From NCBI GenBank assembly GCA_040879385.1, contig JBBDKM010000096.1:62751-126750 (forward strand): a stretch of DNA of 64,000 bases, given 5' to 3'. A program made the position numbers and the translations under genes. The notes under the pieces are model-generated. The model searched no databases. It was given only the letters and a program-made list of their open reading frames with translations, and was not told the DNA's origin. The DNA comes from Thermoanaerobaculia bacterium. Its GTDB lineage: Bacteria > Acidobacteriota > Thermoanaerobaculia > UBA5066 > Gp7-AA6. This document shows, in pieces, positions 8,036-19,970 of this stretch; position 1 is the stretch's first letter, and every line of letters begins with the position of its first letter.

Positions 8036-8323
8036 ATGTTCGGAAAAACCGAAAAGCCCAGAAACGCCCGGGTTTCCCACCGTTCCGTGTTCGACGTGAA
8101 CGGGGCGCGCCTGGCTATCGGCCATTTCAACCGGCCGCTCGCCGCGGACGAATGCTCGCTCCTCACGCGGGTCTGGGAACACTCGGGGCTCCCGGAGGTA
8201 GAGGACTTCGAGGTGTCCGACCGACAGGTCTCTTTCCTGACCCGGCCCCCGAAAGTCGACGCGACGTGGCGGTCGATCGAGTCGCTGCTCGCCGCATCTC
8301 CCTCATTGGCCAAGGCTTCCTGA
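8036..8323 (+). CDS. possible small hypothetical protein hidden inside a giant antisense ORF
   Basis: The last 95 codons of track ORF 5075..8323 lie outside nrdJ. They start at an ATG and have mostly G/C third positions. I see no recognisable family and no clear RBS. Confidence 0.35.
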   Translation: MFGKTEKPRNARVSHRSVFDVNGARLAIGHFNRPLAADECSLLTRVWEHSGLPEVEDFEVSDRQVSFLTRPPKVDATWRSIESLLAASPSLAKAS

Positions 8324-8356
8324 CACAGTTGCGCCGGCGGACCCCGGCAGACCATA

Positions 8357-8758
8357 ATGTCGGCTGAGGAGAACATAATGTCCACGACCATGGAATCCAA
8401 TCCGACTCCGATCACGACGGAAACTCCCGGCCCTCTCCTGTCCCTGACGGAGGCGGCGATCGCGAAGGTCAAATATTTCGCCGGCACCATGCCCGACTCG
8501 GAGGGCAAGCCCCTCCGGATCTCCGTCCAGGGCGGCGGCTGCTCCGGCTTCCAGTACGGCTTCACCTTCGACGAGAAGAAAGAGAACGACACGGTGATCA
8601 GCGCCGGCGGCATCGAAGTCGTCGTCGATCAGCAGAGCGCGACGTACCTCAAGGAATCGAAGGTCGACTACGTCGAGGACTTTCGCGGCGCCGGGTTCTC
8701 GGTGACCAATCCCCAGTCCACCGGCGGGTGCGGTTGCGGCAAGTCGTTCAGCGCTTAG
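8357..8758 (+). CDS. erpA: iron-sulfur cluster insertion protein, HesB/IscA/ErpA family
   Basis: ISVQGGGCSGFQY and the C-terminal GGCGCGKSF motif are present. The more likely start is the ATG at 8378, which has GAGGAG 6 nt upstream. Confidence 0.9.
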   Translation: MSAEENIMSTTMESNPTPITTETPGPLLSLTEAAIAKVKYFAGTMPDSEGKPLRISVQGGGCSGFQYGFTFDEKKENDTVISAGGIEVVVDQQSATYLKESKVDYVEDFRGAGFSVTNPQSTGGCGCGKSFSA

Positions 8759-8780
8759 AACCCGCTTCGTTCGCAAAATC

Positions 8781-8816
8781 AAAGAGCCCCGCGTGAGCGG
8801 GGCTCTTTTATTTGAA
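8781..8816 (+). terminator. rho-independent terminator of erpA
   Basis: AAAGAGCCCCGC-GTGA-GCGGGGCTCTTT stem-loop followed by TATTT. Confidence 0.85.
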
Positions 8817-9129
8817 GCGCAAACCCTAGAACCGCACGACCGCGCTGAACTGGTAGCCACGCGGGGCGGGAGGATGGTGCCCGATGCGCAGGAAGAAGGC
8901 CGTCCGCCCTCCCGCTCTACGCCGCCGTTGACGCCCTCTTCACGGTCCTGCTCGGGCCGGCGTGGCGGGCCCTGCTCGCCGGCGGCGTCCTCGTCACGCT
9001 CGTGGCGACGGCGTACGTCGCGCGCGTGGCGCGCAAGGCGCTCGACTCGGAGCGGGATGACGAGCGGCCAGTTGTATGATCCCCCTCCCGCGGGACTCTC
9101 GGCGGCGCCGAGAATCGAAAGGAGAAGGG

Positions 9130-9939
9130 ATGCGATCGATCTTCAGGCAGGGGGCCCTGTCCGGCTTGGCGCTCGCGTTCGTGGCGGCCTTCGCCGCGGC
9201 CGCGGAAAGGCAATACGACGGCGAGGTCGAGCGGCTGATCGCATACACCAACCGAAGCTTCGGCGACTTCCGAAAGGCGATCCGAAGCGATTTCAAGAAC
9301 GCGAAGATACGGTTCAACGGCATCGAGACCGAGGTGTCCGGTTACGTCAAGGACACCGCCGAGGCCGGAAAGCGGCTCGCGAGCCGGGTGTCGTCGGACT
9401 ACGCGGCGGTCCCCGAGGCCACGGATTTCCTCGAGCGGTTGAAGACCGCCGACGCCTTCGCGAAAGAGAACCCCGGGATCTCCGGCGCCAAGAACGAGTG
9501 GGATCTGCTCATCCCCAATGCCGCGAAGCTGGCGGCCGCCTACGGCATCGACTGGAACACCGCCCCGGAGACCTGGCAGGCTTCGCGGGTCCCGGACGAC
9601 ACGCTTGCCGGGGAAACGGCAAGCCTCGAGACTCACGCCAGGGCATTGCACAAGGCCGTCGACGAGGCGTCGAAAACGGCGTGCCTCGACAAGGGGCGCA
9701 GGAAGGTCCTGGAGGGACAGAGCGAGACGCTGGTCTCGTCGGCCAGCGCGCTGAAGAAGACGGTTCGCGGCGCGCGCCCGGCACTCGCCGCGCTCGCGAG
9801 CGTCAAGGACGCCGTGCGCGACCTCGGCTCGCGCCTTCACTCCGACGGCATCGCGGACGCCGTCTCGGGACCCTGGGGCCGGGTCGAAGATTCGGCCGGG
9901 AAGCTGGCCGGAATGCTGGAGACGCCCGCCGTCCCTTAG
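9130..9939 (+). CDS. secreted hypothetical protein
   Basis: The internal ATG at 9130 is preceded by AAAGGAGAAGGG. The signal-peptide-like N-terminus is MRSIFRQGALSGLALAFVAAFAAAAE. No family is recognised. Confidence 0.65.
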   Translation: MRSIFRQGALSGLALAFVAAFAAAAERQYDGEVERLIAYTNRSFGDFRKAIRSDFKNAKIRFNGIETEVSGYVKDTAEAGKRLASRVSSDYAAVPEATDFLERLKTADAFAKENPGISGAKNEWDLLIPNAAKLAAAYGIDWNTAPETWQASRVPDDTLAGETASLETHARALHKAVDEASKTACLDKGRRKVLEGQSETLVSSASALKKTVRGARPALAALASVKDAVRDLGSRLHSDGIADAVSGPWGRVEDSAGKLAGMLETPAVP

Positions 9940-9963
9940 GACTCCCGGTCCCGAGAGCCGCCT

Positions 9964-11052
9964 TTACGACGGCAGCTTTTTCTTGGCCACGTCGAGCGTG
10001 TTGAGGACTTGCGGCTCTCGCTGCATGACGTTCACGCCGTAGCCCTTCTTGGTGATGAATTCCACGTCGACCTGCTGAAACGGGGTGCCCTTCGGGAGCA
10101 GCTCCTTGCGGTAATGCCAGACCTCGCGCCAGTTGTTGCCGGGGTCGGGGGCTCGGGTTCCGGGGCCGCCGAACTGAGCGGAGACCGTCGCTCGCGTCGC
10201 GGAGGACGCCTTGCCGGCGAGCGCGCGTTGCGCGTTGGCCGCGTCCTGCGAGCCCTCGGTCGAGAGCCCAGCCGAGTCGGCGACGTCCTCGCCCGTCCGG
10301 ATGGGCTTGCGCCCGGCGTAGGTCGGAGGCCCGAGGAGAACGAACACCATCCCGCGGTCCGTGACGCTGCCGCGCCGTTTCTCGTCCTGGACGAAGTTCG
10401 CGTCGGCGAACGCGACGCGCCGCTCGAAGGTCGTGCGGAACGTGTTGTCGCTCGTGCCCGGCCGGGGATTGCGCGCCTCCCAGAACTTGTCGATGAACTC
10501 GACTCGTTCCGATCCGGCGGCGAGCTCCGACCACTGGCGCTTCTCGGCGGACGTCATCAGCCACTTGATCGGGCCCTCCCCCCACCGCTCATCCGGCGGC
10601 GCACCCAGGTTGGCGGGCGCCTTGAACTCCTGGTAGGCGGTGAAGAGAGACGGCGCGGCGTCGAGGTCCGCGGGAGGCGCCGTCTTCTTTCTGGCCGCCT
10701 CGAACGCGGCGACGGCCTTCTTCGAGTACATCGCGGGATCTATCGTCGCGCCCGGATTGGCCTGCAGGAAGGCCGCGAAGTCGGCCTGGGCTTTCTCGGC
10801 CTCGCCCAGGTTCGCGTCGCACACGCCGCGGTAGAACGCGACCGGTCCCTGGAGCTGGCTGCGGACGCTCTCGTTGCCCGGTTTGACGGACTCCGTATCG
10901 AGCGCGTCGAGCGTCTTGCGCGCGTCCTGCCAGGCGCTCGCCTTGATCTGCTGTTTGGCGGTTTGAAAGAGCTCGGGAATGGTCTGGGTAGCCTGGGCGG
11001 CGAGGACCCCGGAGAGGAACAGGGCGGCGAGGAAAAGCACCGAGCGCTTCAT
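9964..11052 (-). CDS. GWxTD-domain protein, secreted
   Basis: The start at MKRSVLFLAALFLSGVLAAQA is a signal peptide. FIDKFWEARNPRPGTSDNTFRTTFERRVAFADANF ... GSVTDRGMVFVLLGPP matches the GWxTD family pattern with W replaced by S. The upstream 264 codons of the track ORF are antisense to actA. Confidence 0.8.
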   Translation of the reverse strand: MKRSVLFLAALFLSGVLAAQATQTIPELFQTAKQQIKASAWQDARKTLDALDTESVKPGNESVRSQLQGPVAFYRGVCDANLGEAEKAQADFAAFLQANPGATIDPAMYSKKAVAAFEAARKKTAPPADLDAAPSLFTAYQEFKAPANLGAPPDERWGEGPIKWLMTSAEKRQWSELAAGSERVEFIDKFWEARNPRPGTSDNTFRTTFERRVAFADANFVQDEKRRGSVTDRGMVFVLLGPPTYAGRKPIRTGEDVADSAGLSTEGSQDAANAQRALAGKASSATRATVSAQFGGPGTRAPDPGNNWREVWHYRKELLPKGTPFQQVDVEFITKKGYGVNVMQREPQVLNTLDVAKKKLPS

Positions 11053-11071
11053 GGCAGGACCTCCGCCGCCG

Positions 11072-11077
11072 ATTCTA
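11072..11077 (-). promoter_or_regulatory. -10-like TAGAAT upstream of the GWxTD gene
   Basis: TAGAAT on the minus strand, followed by 19 nt containing GGAGG, then the ATG at 11052. Confidence 0.4.
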
Positions 11078-11171
11078 CGTCCGGGTGCGCCCTCCGGCGC
11101 CAGCGATTCGGGACCGGGCCTCGGCTTCCCCTGCGGGCAGGTCGACTTCCCCTGCAGGGCGGGAGGGAGTT

Positions 11172-11183
11172 GCAATATATTGC
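11172..11183. promoter_or_regulatory. AT-rich perfect palindrome GCAATATATTGC containing a TATATT -10-like box upstream of actA
   Basis: 12-bp perfect palindrome flanked by complementary GGGAGGG/CCCTCCC. TATATT (11176-11181) lies 9 nt before the actA GTG. Confidence 0.4.
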
Positions 11184-11190
11184 CCTCCCC

Positions 11191-11850
11191 GTGGCGCAGA
11201 TCTTCCACCGCAGCACGAATACCATCTCGCGGGTTTCGGTGTTCGGGGCCGTTTTCTTTCTCGGCCTCCTCCTCTGGCTCTTCGACGCCCTGAACCGCTC
11301 CCCCTACACGACCCAGCAGGGGGTGGCCCGGGTCCAGCCGGTCCAGTTCTCCCACCAGCACCACGTCGGTGCCATGGGCATCGACTGCCGGTACTGCCAC
11401 ACGACGGTCGAGCGCGCGGCTTTCGCGAACATCCCGCCGACAAAGACCTGCATGAACTGCCACTCCCAGATCTGGAGCCAGTCCCCGGAGCTCGAGGCGG
11501 TTCGGGAGAGCTGGCGCACCGACCGGTCGATCCCGTGGGTCAAGGTCTACGACCTGCCCGACTACGTCTACTTCAACCACTCGATCCACGTCGCCAAGGG
11601 CGTGGGCTGCGAGACCTGCCACGGCCGCGTCGACCAGATGCCGCTGGTGTCGCAGCACCCGACGCTCCAGATGAGCTGGTGCCTCGACTGCCACCGGGAG
11701 CCGGAGAAGCACCTGCGTCCCCGGGACCAAATCTTCACGATGGGCTACGTGCCCGCCGGCAACCAGGAGGAGATCGGGCAGGCGCTGAAGGCGGAGTACC
11801 GCCTCCGGTCGACGTTCGAGCTGACCGATTGCACGACATGCCACAGGTAG
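11191..11850 (+). CDS. actA: alternative complex III subunit ActA (pentaheme cytochrome c)
   Basis: The GTG start gives MAQIFHRSTNTISRV plus a TM helix. There are five CxxCH motifs (CRYCH, CMNCH, CETCH, CLDCH, CTTCH). It is the first gene of the act cluster. Confidence 0.9.
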   Translation: MAQIFHRSTNTISRVSVFGAVFFLGLLLWLFDALNRSPYTTQQGVARVQPVQFSHQHHVGAMGIDCRYCHTTVERAAFANIPPTKTCMNCHSQIWSQSPELEAVRESWRTDRSIPWVKVYDLPDYVYFNHSIHVAKGVGCETCHGRVDQMPLVSQHPTLQMSWCLDCHREPEKHLRPRDQIFTMGYVPAGNQEEIGQALKAEYRLRSTFELTDCTTCHR

Positions 11851-11873
11851 ATTTCGGATTTCGGATTTGAGAT

Positions 11874-11884
<11 letters not shown>
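11850..11884. repeat. degenerate heptamer tandem repeat (GATTTCG-like x5), actA-actB intergenic
   Basis: GATTTCG GATTTCG GATTTGA GATTTGG GACTTGA. An inverted copy lies at 13560-13592. Confidence 0.85.
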
Positions 11885-14875
<2,991 letters not shown>

Positions 14876-14879
<4 letters not shown>

Positions 14880-16273
14880 GCGACACGCCGCGCGAGCCCC
14901 GCTCCGGAGAGCCCCCGGCCACGCGCTCGAGCGCGATCCTGGCGCCCGGCTACACCTTCACCACGCTCACCGACAAGCTCGCGTCGATCGTGCTCTCCCG
15001 GCGCACGCCGAAGGCGTGGTTCTTCGGCGCGGCCGTCGGATTTGCGTTGACGATGGTCCTCCTCGGCGCTCTGGGCTATCTCCTCGTCAAGGGCATCGGC
15101 ATCTGGGGCGTGAACGAGCCCGTCGGCTGGGGCTTCGAGATCGTCAACTTCGTCTGGTGGATCGGCATCGGCCACGCGGGCACGCTCATCTCGGCGATCC
15201 TTCTGCTGCTGCGCCAGCCCTGGCGCAGCTCGATCAACCGGTTCGCCGAGGCGATGACGATCTTCGCCGTCGCCTGCGCCAGCCTGTACCCCGCCTTCCA
15301 CACCGGGCGGCCGTGGCTGGACTACTGGCTCCTGCCGTATCCCAACACGATGGGGATGTGGCCGAACTTTCGAAGCCCGCTGATCTGGGACGTCTTCGCC
15401 GTCTCCACCTACGCCACCGTCTCCCTGCTCTTCTGGTACGTCGGCATGATCCCGGACCTCGCCACGCTGCGCGACCGGGCGAAGAAGCTCTGGGCCAGGC
15501 TCCTCTACGGGACGCTGGCGATGGGCTGGCGCGGCTCCGCGCGGCACTGGCACCGGTACGAGACGGCGTCGCTGCTGCTGGCCGGGCTGGCGACGCCTCT
15601 GGTCGTATCGGTGCACACGGTCGTGTCGTTCGACTTCGCGGCGGGCATCGTGCCCGGCTGGCACGCGACGATCTTCCCGCCCTACTTCGTCGCCGGCGCG
15701 ATCTACGCCGGGTTCGCCATGGTCCTGACCCTCGCGATCCCGCTGCGGAAGATGTACGGCCTCGAGGACTTCATCACGTTGAAGCACCTGGACAACATGG
15801 CCAAGATCCTGCTCGCGACCGGGCTGATCGTCGGGTACGGCTATATGGTCGAGGCCTTCATGGCCTTCTACAGCGGCAACCCGTACGAGCGCTTCATGAT
15901 GTGGAACCGGATGCACGGGCCGTACAAGAACATGTACTGGGTCCTGCTCTTCTGCAACCTGGTCGCGCCGCAGGCGCTCTGGTTCCGGCAGGTGCGCCGC
16001 AGCATCCCGGCGCTCTTCTGCATGGCGATGATCGTGAACGTCGGCATGTGGCTGGAGCGGTACGTGATCGTGGTCGTGAGCCTCTCGCGCGATTTCCTGC
16101 CGTCCTCCTGGGGCATGTACAAGGGCACGATCTTCGACTGGGCGACGTTCATCGGCTCGATCGGGCTCTTCATCGCCCTGCTGTTCCTCTTCATCCGGCT
16201 CCTGCCGATGATCTCGATCTTCGAGATGCGGGCGATCCTGCCGGAAGCCAAAGTGCGCGAGGCCGAGGAATGA
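14876..16273 (+). CDS. actC: alternative complex III subunit ActC (NrfD/PsrC-like quinol-interacting membrane subunit)
   Basis: 465-aa polytopic membrane protein with an ATGA overlap to actB. Assigned by its position in the act cluster. Confidence 0.9.
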
Positions 16274-16806
16274 GCGGCGCGGCGCTCTACGGCCTGATGG
16301 CCGAGTTCGAGGATCCGACGGCGCTCGTCGAGGCGGCGCGGGCCGCGCGCGAGGCCGGCTTCACGCGGCTCGACGCCTATTCGCCGTTTCCCATCGAGGC
16401 GATGGCCGAGGCCCTGGACATCCACGACCGCAAGCTTCCCGCGGTGGTCCTCTCCGGCGGCCTCTTCGGCGGCCTCGCGGCGTATGCGCTCTGCTACTGG
16501 TGCTCCGTCATCGATTACCCGCTGAACGTCGGCGGCAAGCCCTTCCACAGCGCGCCCGCCTTCATCGTCCCGACCTTCGAGACGACGATCCTCTTCGCGG
16601 CGTTGGCCGCGGTGTTCGGCATGCTCGCCTTGAACGGCCTGCCGATGCCCTACCACCCGGTCTTCAACGCGCCGCGCTTCGCGCTGGCCTCGCGCGATCG
16701 CTTCTTCCTCTGCATCGAGGCGAAGGACCCGAAATTCGACCACGACGAGACCTGGGCGTTTCTGACCAAGCTCGGCCCCAGGGTCGTGATGGATGTGGAG
16801 GAGTAG
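16270..16806 (+). CDS. actD: alternative complex III subunit ActD (DUF3341)
   Basis: ATGA overlap with actC. LYGLMAEFEDPTALVEAARAAREAGF is the typical DUF3341 N-terminus, followed by two TM helices. Confidence 0.88.
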   Translation: MSGAALYGLMAEFEDPTALVEAARAAREAGFTRLDAYSPFPIEAMAEALDIHDRKLPAVVLSGGLFGGLAAYALCYWCSVIDYPLNVGGKPFHSAPAFIVPTFETTILFAALAAVFGMLALNGLPMPYHPVFNAPRFALASRDRFFLCIEAKDPKFDHDETWAFLTKLGPRVVMDVEE

Positions 16807-17475
16807 GTGTTCATCCGACGGGGGCTCTGGATCGCTCTGGCCGTGATCAGCCTCGCGGGCTGTCGGAGGGACATGCAGGATCAGCCCAAGTACAAGGACC
16901 TGCGCGGGTCGGCGTTCTTCGACGACCAGCGGTCGGCGCGGCCGGTCGTGGAGGATACGGTCGCGCGCGGGTTCCTCTACGCGGATCAACGCTTCCTGAC
17001 CGGCAAGGAGAACGGGCAGCCGGTCGCGGCGCTGCCGCTTCCCCTGACGCGGGAGCTGCTGGCGCGCGGGCGGGGCCGGTACCAGATCTACTGCTCGCCC
17101 TGTCACGGGATGACGGGCAACGGCCTCGGCATCGTCGTCCAGCGCGGTTACCGGCAGCCGCCGGCCTTCCACATCGACCGTCTGCGCGAGGCGCCGGTCG
17201 GCTACTTCTACGACGTCATCACGCGCGGCTTCGGCGCGATGATGGACTACGCGGCGCAGATCCCGCCCCAGGACCGTTGGGCGATCGCGGCCTACGTCCG
17301 CGCGCTGCAGCTGTCCCAGCGCACGACCCTCGCAGACGTCCCCCCCGAGGCGCGCGCCGCGCTCGAGAGCCCCGGGGCTCCGGGCAAGCCCGCGCCCTTC
17401 CCGATCGACGCGGACGACTGGGTAGGCTCGGTGGAGCCGCCCCCGGCGCCCCCCGCAGCGCCCAGGGAGCGCTGA
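16807..17475 (+). CDS. actE: alternative complex III subunit ActE (monoheme cytochrome c lipoprotein)
   Basis: GTG start, lipobox LAGC and a single CSPCH heme motif. Confidence 0.88.
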   Translation: MFIRRGLWIALAVISLAGCRRDMQDQPKYKDLRGSAFFDDQRSARPVVEDTVARGFLYADQRFLTGKENGQPVAALPLPLTRELLARGRGRYQIYCSPCHGMTGNGLGIVVQRGYRQPPAFHIDRLREAPVGYFYDVITRGFGAMMDYAAQIPPQDRWAIAAYVRALQLSQRTTLADVPPEARAALESPGAPGKPAPFPIDADDWVGSVEPPPAPPAAPRER

Positions 17476-17477
17476 GC

Positions 17478-18671
17478 GTGGAGTGGAAGAACGATCCCGC
17501 CCTGCCGGGCGCCGTCAGCCGCTTCGCGAAGCCCGCCCTCGCGGTCGGCCTCGTCGTGCTCGGCGGCTCGGTGGCGGGCGGGCTCGCCGACGCCGACCAG
17601 TTCTTCCGCTCGTACCTCCTCGCCTTCGTCTTCTGGAACGGCCTGGCGGTCGGGTCGCTCGCGATCCTGATGCTCCAGTACCTGACCGGCGGGGCGTGGG
17701 GCATCGCGATCCGGCGCGAGCTCGAGGCGGCCACCCGGACGCTCCCGCTGACGGCGGCCGCGTTCGTGCCGATCCTCTTCGGCATGCACCGGCTGTACGA
17801 GTGGACCCACGCCGACGTCGTCGCGAAGGACGAGCTCCTCCGCAAGAAGTCCCTGTATCTCAACACGCCGTTCTTCACGCTGCGCGCCGCCGTGTCCTTC
17901 GCCGCCTGGATGCTCCTCGCGTACTTCCTCAGCCGGTGGTCGAGGGAGCAGGACACCCGCGCCGACGGCGGCCGCAAGGCGGTCGACCGCAAGCTGCAGC
18001 GGCTCTCGGGCGGAGGCCTCGTCGTGTACGCGCTGACCACGACGTTCACGTCGATCGACTGGGTCATGTCGCTCGAGCCGCACTGGTACTCGACGATGTA
18101 CGGCGTGATTTTCATGGTGAGCCAGGCCCTCGGCGGGCTGGCGCTGGCGACGCTGGCGGTCGTCCGCCTCTCCGGCTTCGAGCCGCTCGCGGGATTCCTC
18201 GGCGGCCGCCACCGGCACGATCTCGGCAAGCTGCTGTTCGCCTTCACGATGATCTGGGCGTACGTCACCTTCTCGCAGTACCTCATCGTCTGGTCGGGCA
18301 ACATTCCCGAGGAGATCGCCTGGTACCTGGCGCGCTTCCGGGGCGGCTGGGGCTACGTAGGCCTGGCGATCCTCCTTCTGCAGTTCCTCCTGCCGTTCCT
18401 GCTGCTGCTCTCGCGGCAGGCCAACCGGAACCCGCCGCTTCTCACCCTGGCGGCCGGGCTGCTCGTCCTGATGCGCTTCGTCGACGTCGCGTGGCTCGTG
18501 CTTCCGGCCTTCTCCAGAGGCGCGTTCCGGATTCACTGGCTGGACCTCTCTCTGCCCGTCGGGCTCGGCGGCCTGTGGCTGGCGTACTTCGCGCGCAACC
18601 TGGCCTCCCGGCCGCTGCTCCCGGTCAACGACCCCGGCTTCGAGGAGGCGCTGGCGCATGGACGCGAATAG
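17478..18671 (+). CDS. actF: alternative complex III subunit ActF (NrfD-like membrane subunit 2)
   Basis: The GTG start lies 2 nt after the actE stop. It is a polytopic membrane protein (IVWSGNIPEE motif) in frame with the tail of track ORF 16500..18671. Confidence 0.85.
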   Translation: MEWKNDPALPGAVSRFAKPALAVGLVVLGGSVAGGLADADQFFRSYLLAFVFWNGLAVGSLAILMLQYLTGGAWGIAIRRELEAATRTLPLTAAAFVPILFGMHRLYEWTHADVVAKDELLRKKSLYLNTPFFTLRAAVSFAAWMLLAYFLSRWSREQDTRADGGRKAVDRKLQRLSGGGLVVYALTTTFTSIDWVMSLEPHWYSTMYGVIFMVSQALGGLALATLAVVRLSGFEPLAGFLGGRHRHDLGKLLFAFTMIWAYVTFSQYLIVWSGNIPEEIAWYLARFRGGWGYVGLAILLLQFLLPFLLLLSRQANRNPPLLTLAAGLLVLMRFVDVAWLVLPAFSRGAFRIHWLDLSLPVGLGGLWLAYFARNLASRPLLPVNDPGFEEALAHGRE

Positions 18672-19140
18672 GCCGGCCGGCCAGAGCCACGGCGTCGCGG
18701 CCGAGCCCGACCGCGTCTCGGCCAAGATCGTCGTCGGGTTCGGCGTCCTGATCATCGGCCTCTGCGCCGTCGCCATGGTCCTGGTCGTGGTCCTGTTCAA
18801 GGGCCTCGAGAAGGGCGCCGACCGGAAGGACGAGAAGTCTCTGGCCGCCGCGGGCACGGAGCGGAAGTCCGACGCCCCGCCGCCGCTTCCGCGCCTCCAG
18901 GTCTACCCGGTCGAGCACTGGAAGGATTTCCAGCAGGCCGAGCGCGAACGCCTCGCGACCTATGGCTGGATGGACCACTCGAGCGGCGCCGTGCACATCC
19001 CGATCGACCGGGCGATGGACCTCATCGCCGAACGAGGTGTCGAGCCGCTGCCGGCCGCGCCGATGGCGATGCCGGGGACGGACGTGGACCGTCAGCCGGG
19101 AGCCGTGAGCCGTGGGCCGAAGCCGGGGGCCAGGCCGTGA
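18658..19140 (+). CDS. single-pass membrane protein conserved between the ACIII and oxidase genes (function unknown)
   Basis: 160 aa with one TM helix and a YGWMDHSSGAVHIPIDRAMDLI motif. It overlaps actF by 14 nt and the SCO gene by GTGA. Confidence 0.65.
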   Translation: MDANRPAGQSHGVAAEPDRVSAKIVVGFGVLIIGLCAVAMVLVVVLFKGLEKGADRKDEKSLAAAGTERKSDAPPPLPRLQVYPVEHWKDFQQAERERLATYGWMDHSSGAVHIPIDRAMDLIAERGVEPLPAAPMAMPGTDVDRQPGAVSRGPKPGARP

Positions 19141-19970
19141 AGCGTGTCGTCGCGGGACTGGCCTTCGCGCTTCTCGCGACGGTGGCCGCCCAGGCGCAGC
19201 CCATGGGCCCGCCTCCGGGCGGCATCATACGGGCCGACGAGACACCCGCGCTCCTGAAGGAGATCGGGATCGACCAGCGCTTGAACGCGCAGATCCCGCT
19301 CGACCTCGCGTTTCGCGACGAGACCGGGCGCCCTGTCCGCCTCGGGGATGCGTTCGGAAAGCGCCCCGTGATCCTCGCACTCGTCTATTACAACTGCCCG
19401 ATGCTCTGCACGCAGGTATTAAACGGCCTCGTCGGGGCCTTGAACGTGATGTCCCTCGAGGCCGGGAAGGACTTCGACGTCGTGGCCGTGAGCTTCGATC
19501 CCCGCGAGACGCCGGCGCAGGCGAGCGCCAAGAAGGACGCCTACCTGACGCGCTACAAGCACCCCGCCTCCGGGGCGGGCTGGCATTTCTTCACCGGCGA
19601 CGCCGCCGCGATCGGGGCCCTGACGAAGGCCGTCGGCTTCCGCTATCGCTACGACGAGCAGCGCGAGCAGTTCGCGCACGCCAGCGCGATCTACGTCGCC
19701 ACGCCCGACGGACGGCTCGCCCGCTACTACTACGGCATCGAGTACGCGCCGCGGGACCTGCGCCTCGGGCTCGTCGAGGCCTCGGCGGGCCGGATCGGCA
19801 CGCCGGTCGACCAGGTGCTGCTCTACTGCTTCCACTACGACCCGGCGAGCGGCAAGTACGGGGCCGTCGTGATCAACATCGTTCGGCTGGCGGGCGGGGC
19901 GACGCTGGCGGCCCTCGCGCTCGGGATCTGGGTGATGTCCCGCCGCCGCTCGCGGGGGGGCCTGCGCTGA
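19137..19970 (+). CDS. SCO1/SenC family copper chaperone
   Basis: Signal peptide, a thioredoxin-fold CPMLC motif, and a position immediately upstream of coxB. Confidence 0.88.
   Translation: MKRVVAGLAFALLATVAAQAQPMGPPPGGIIRADETPALLKEIGIDQRLNAQIPLDLAFRDETGRPVRLGDAFGKRPVILALVYYNCPMLCTQVLNGLVGALNVMSLEAGKDFDVVAVSFDPRETPAQASAKKDAYLTRYKHPASGAGWHFFTGDAAAIGALTKAVGFRYRYDEQREQFAHASAIYVATPDGRLARYYYGIEYAPRDLRLGLVEASAGRIGTPVDQVLLYCFHYDPASGKYGAVVINIVRLAGGATLAALALGIWVMSRRRSRGGLR

Noticed and set aside
5075-8323. 1082-aa plus-strand ORF, together with 5001..7655 (minus, other frame), overlapping nrdJ.
   Set aside because: These are mirror or alternate frames of a clearly recognisable class II RNR. The translations are Arg/Gly/Asp-rich and low-complexity, as is typical of high-GC shadow ORFs. 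Only the last 288 nt, outside nrdJ, were kept as a low-confidence candidate.
9964-11850. Full-length readings of track ORFs 9964..11844 (626 aa) and 10009..11850 (613 aa).
   Set aside because: They overlap each other antisense over about 1.8 kb. Only the segment with a signal peptide plus GWxTD motifs (9964..11052) and the pentaheme segment (11191..11850) look like proteins, and each has its own start context.
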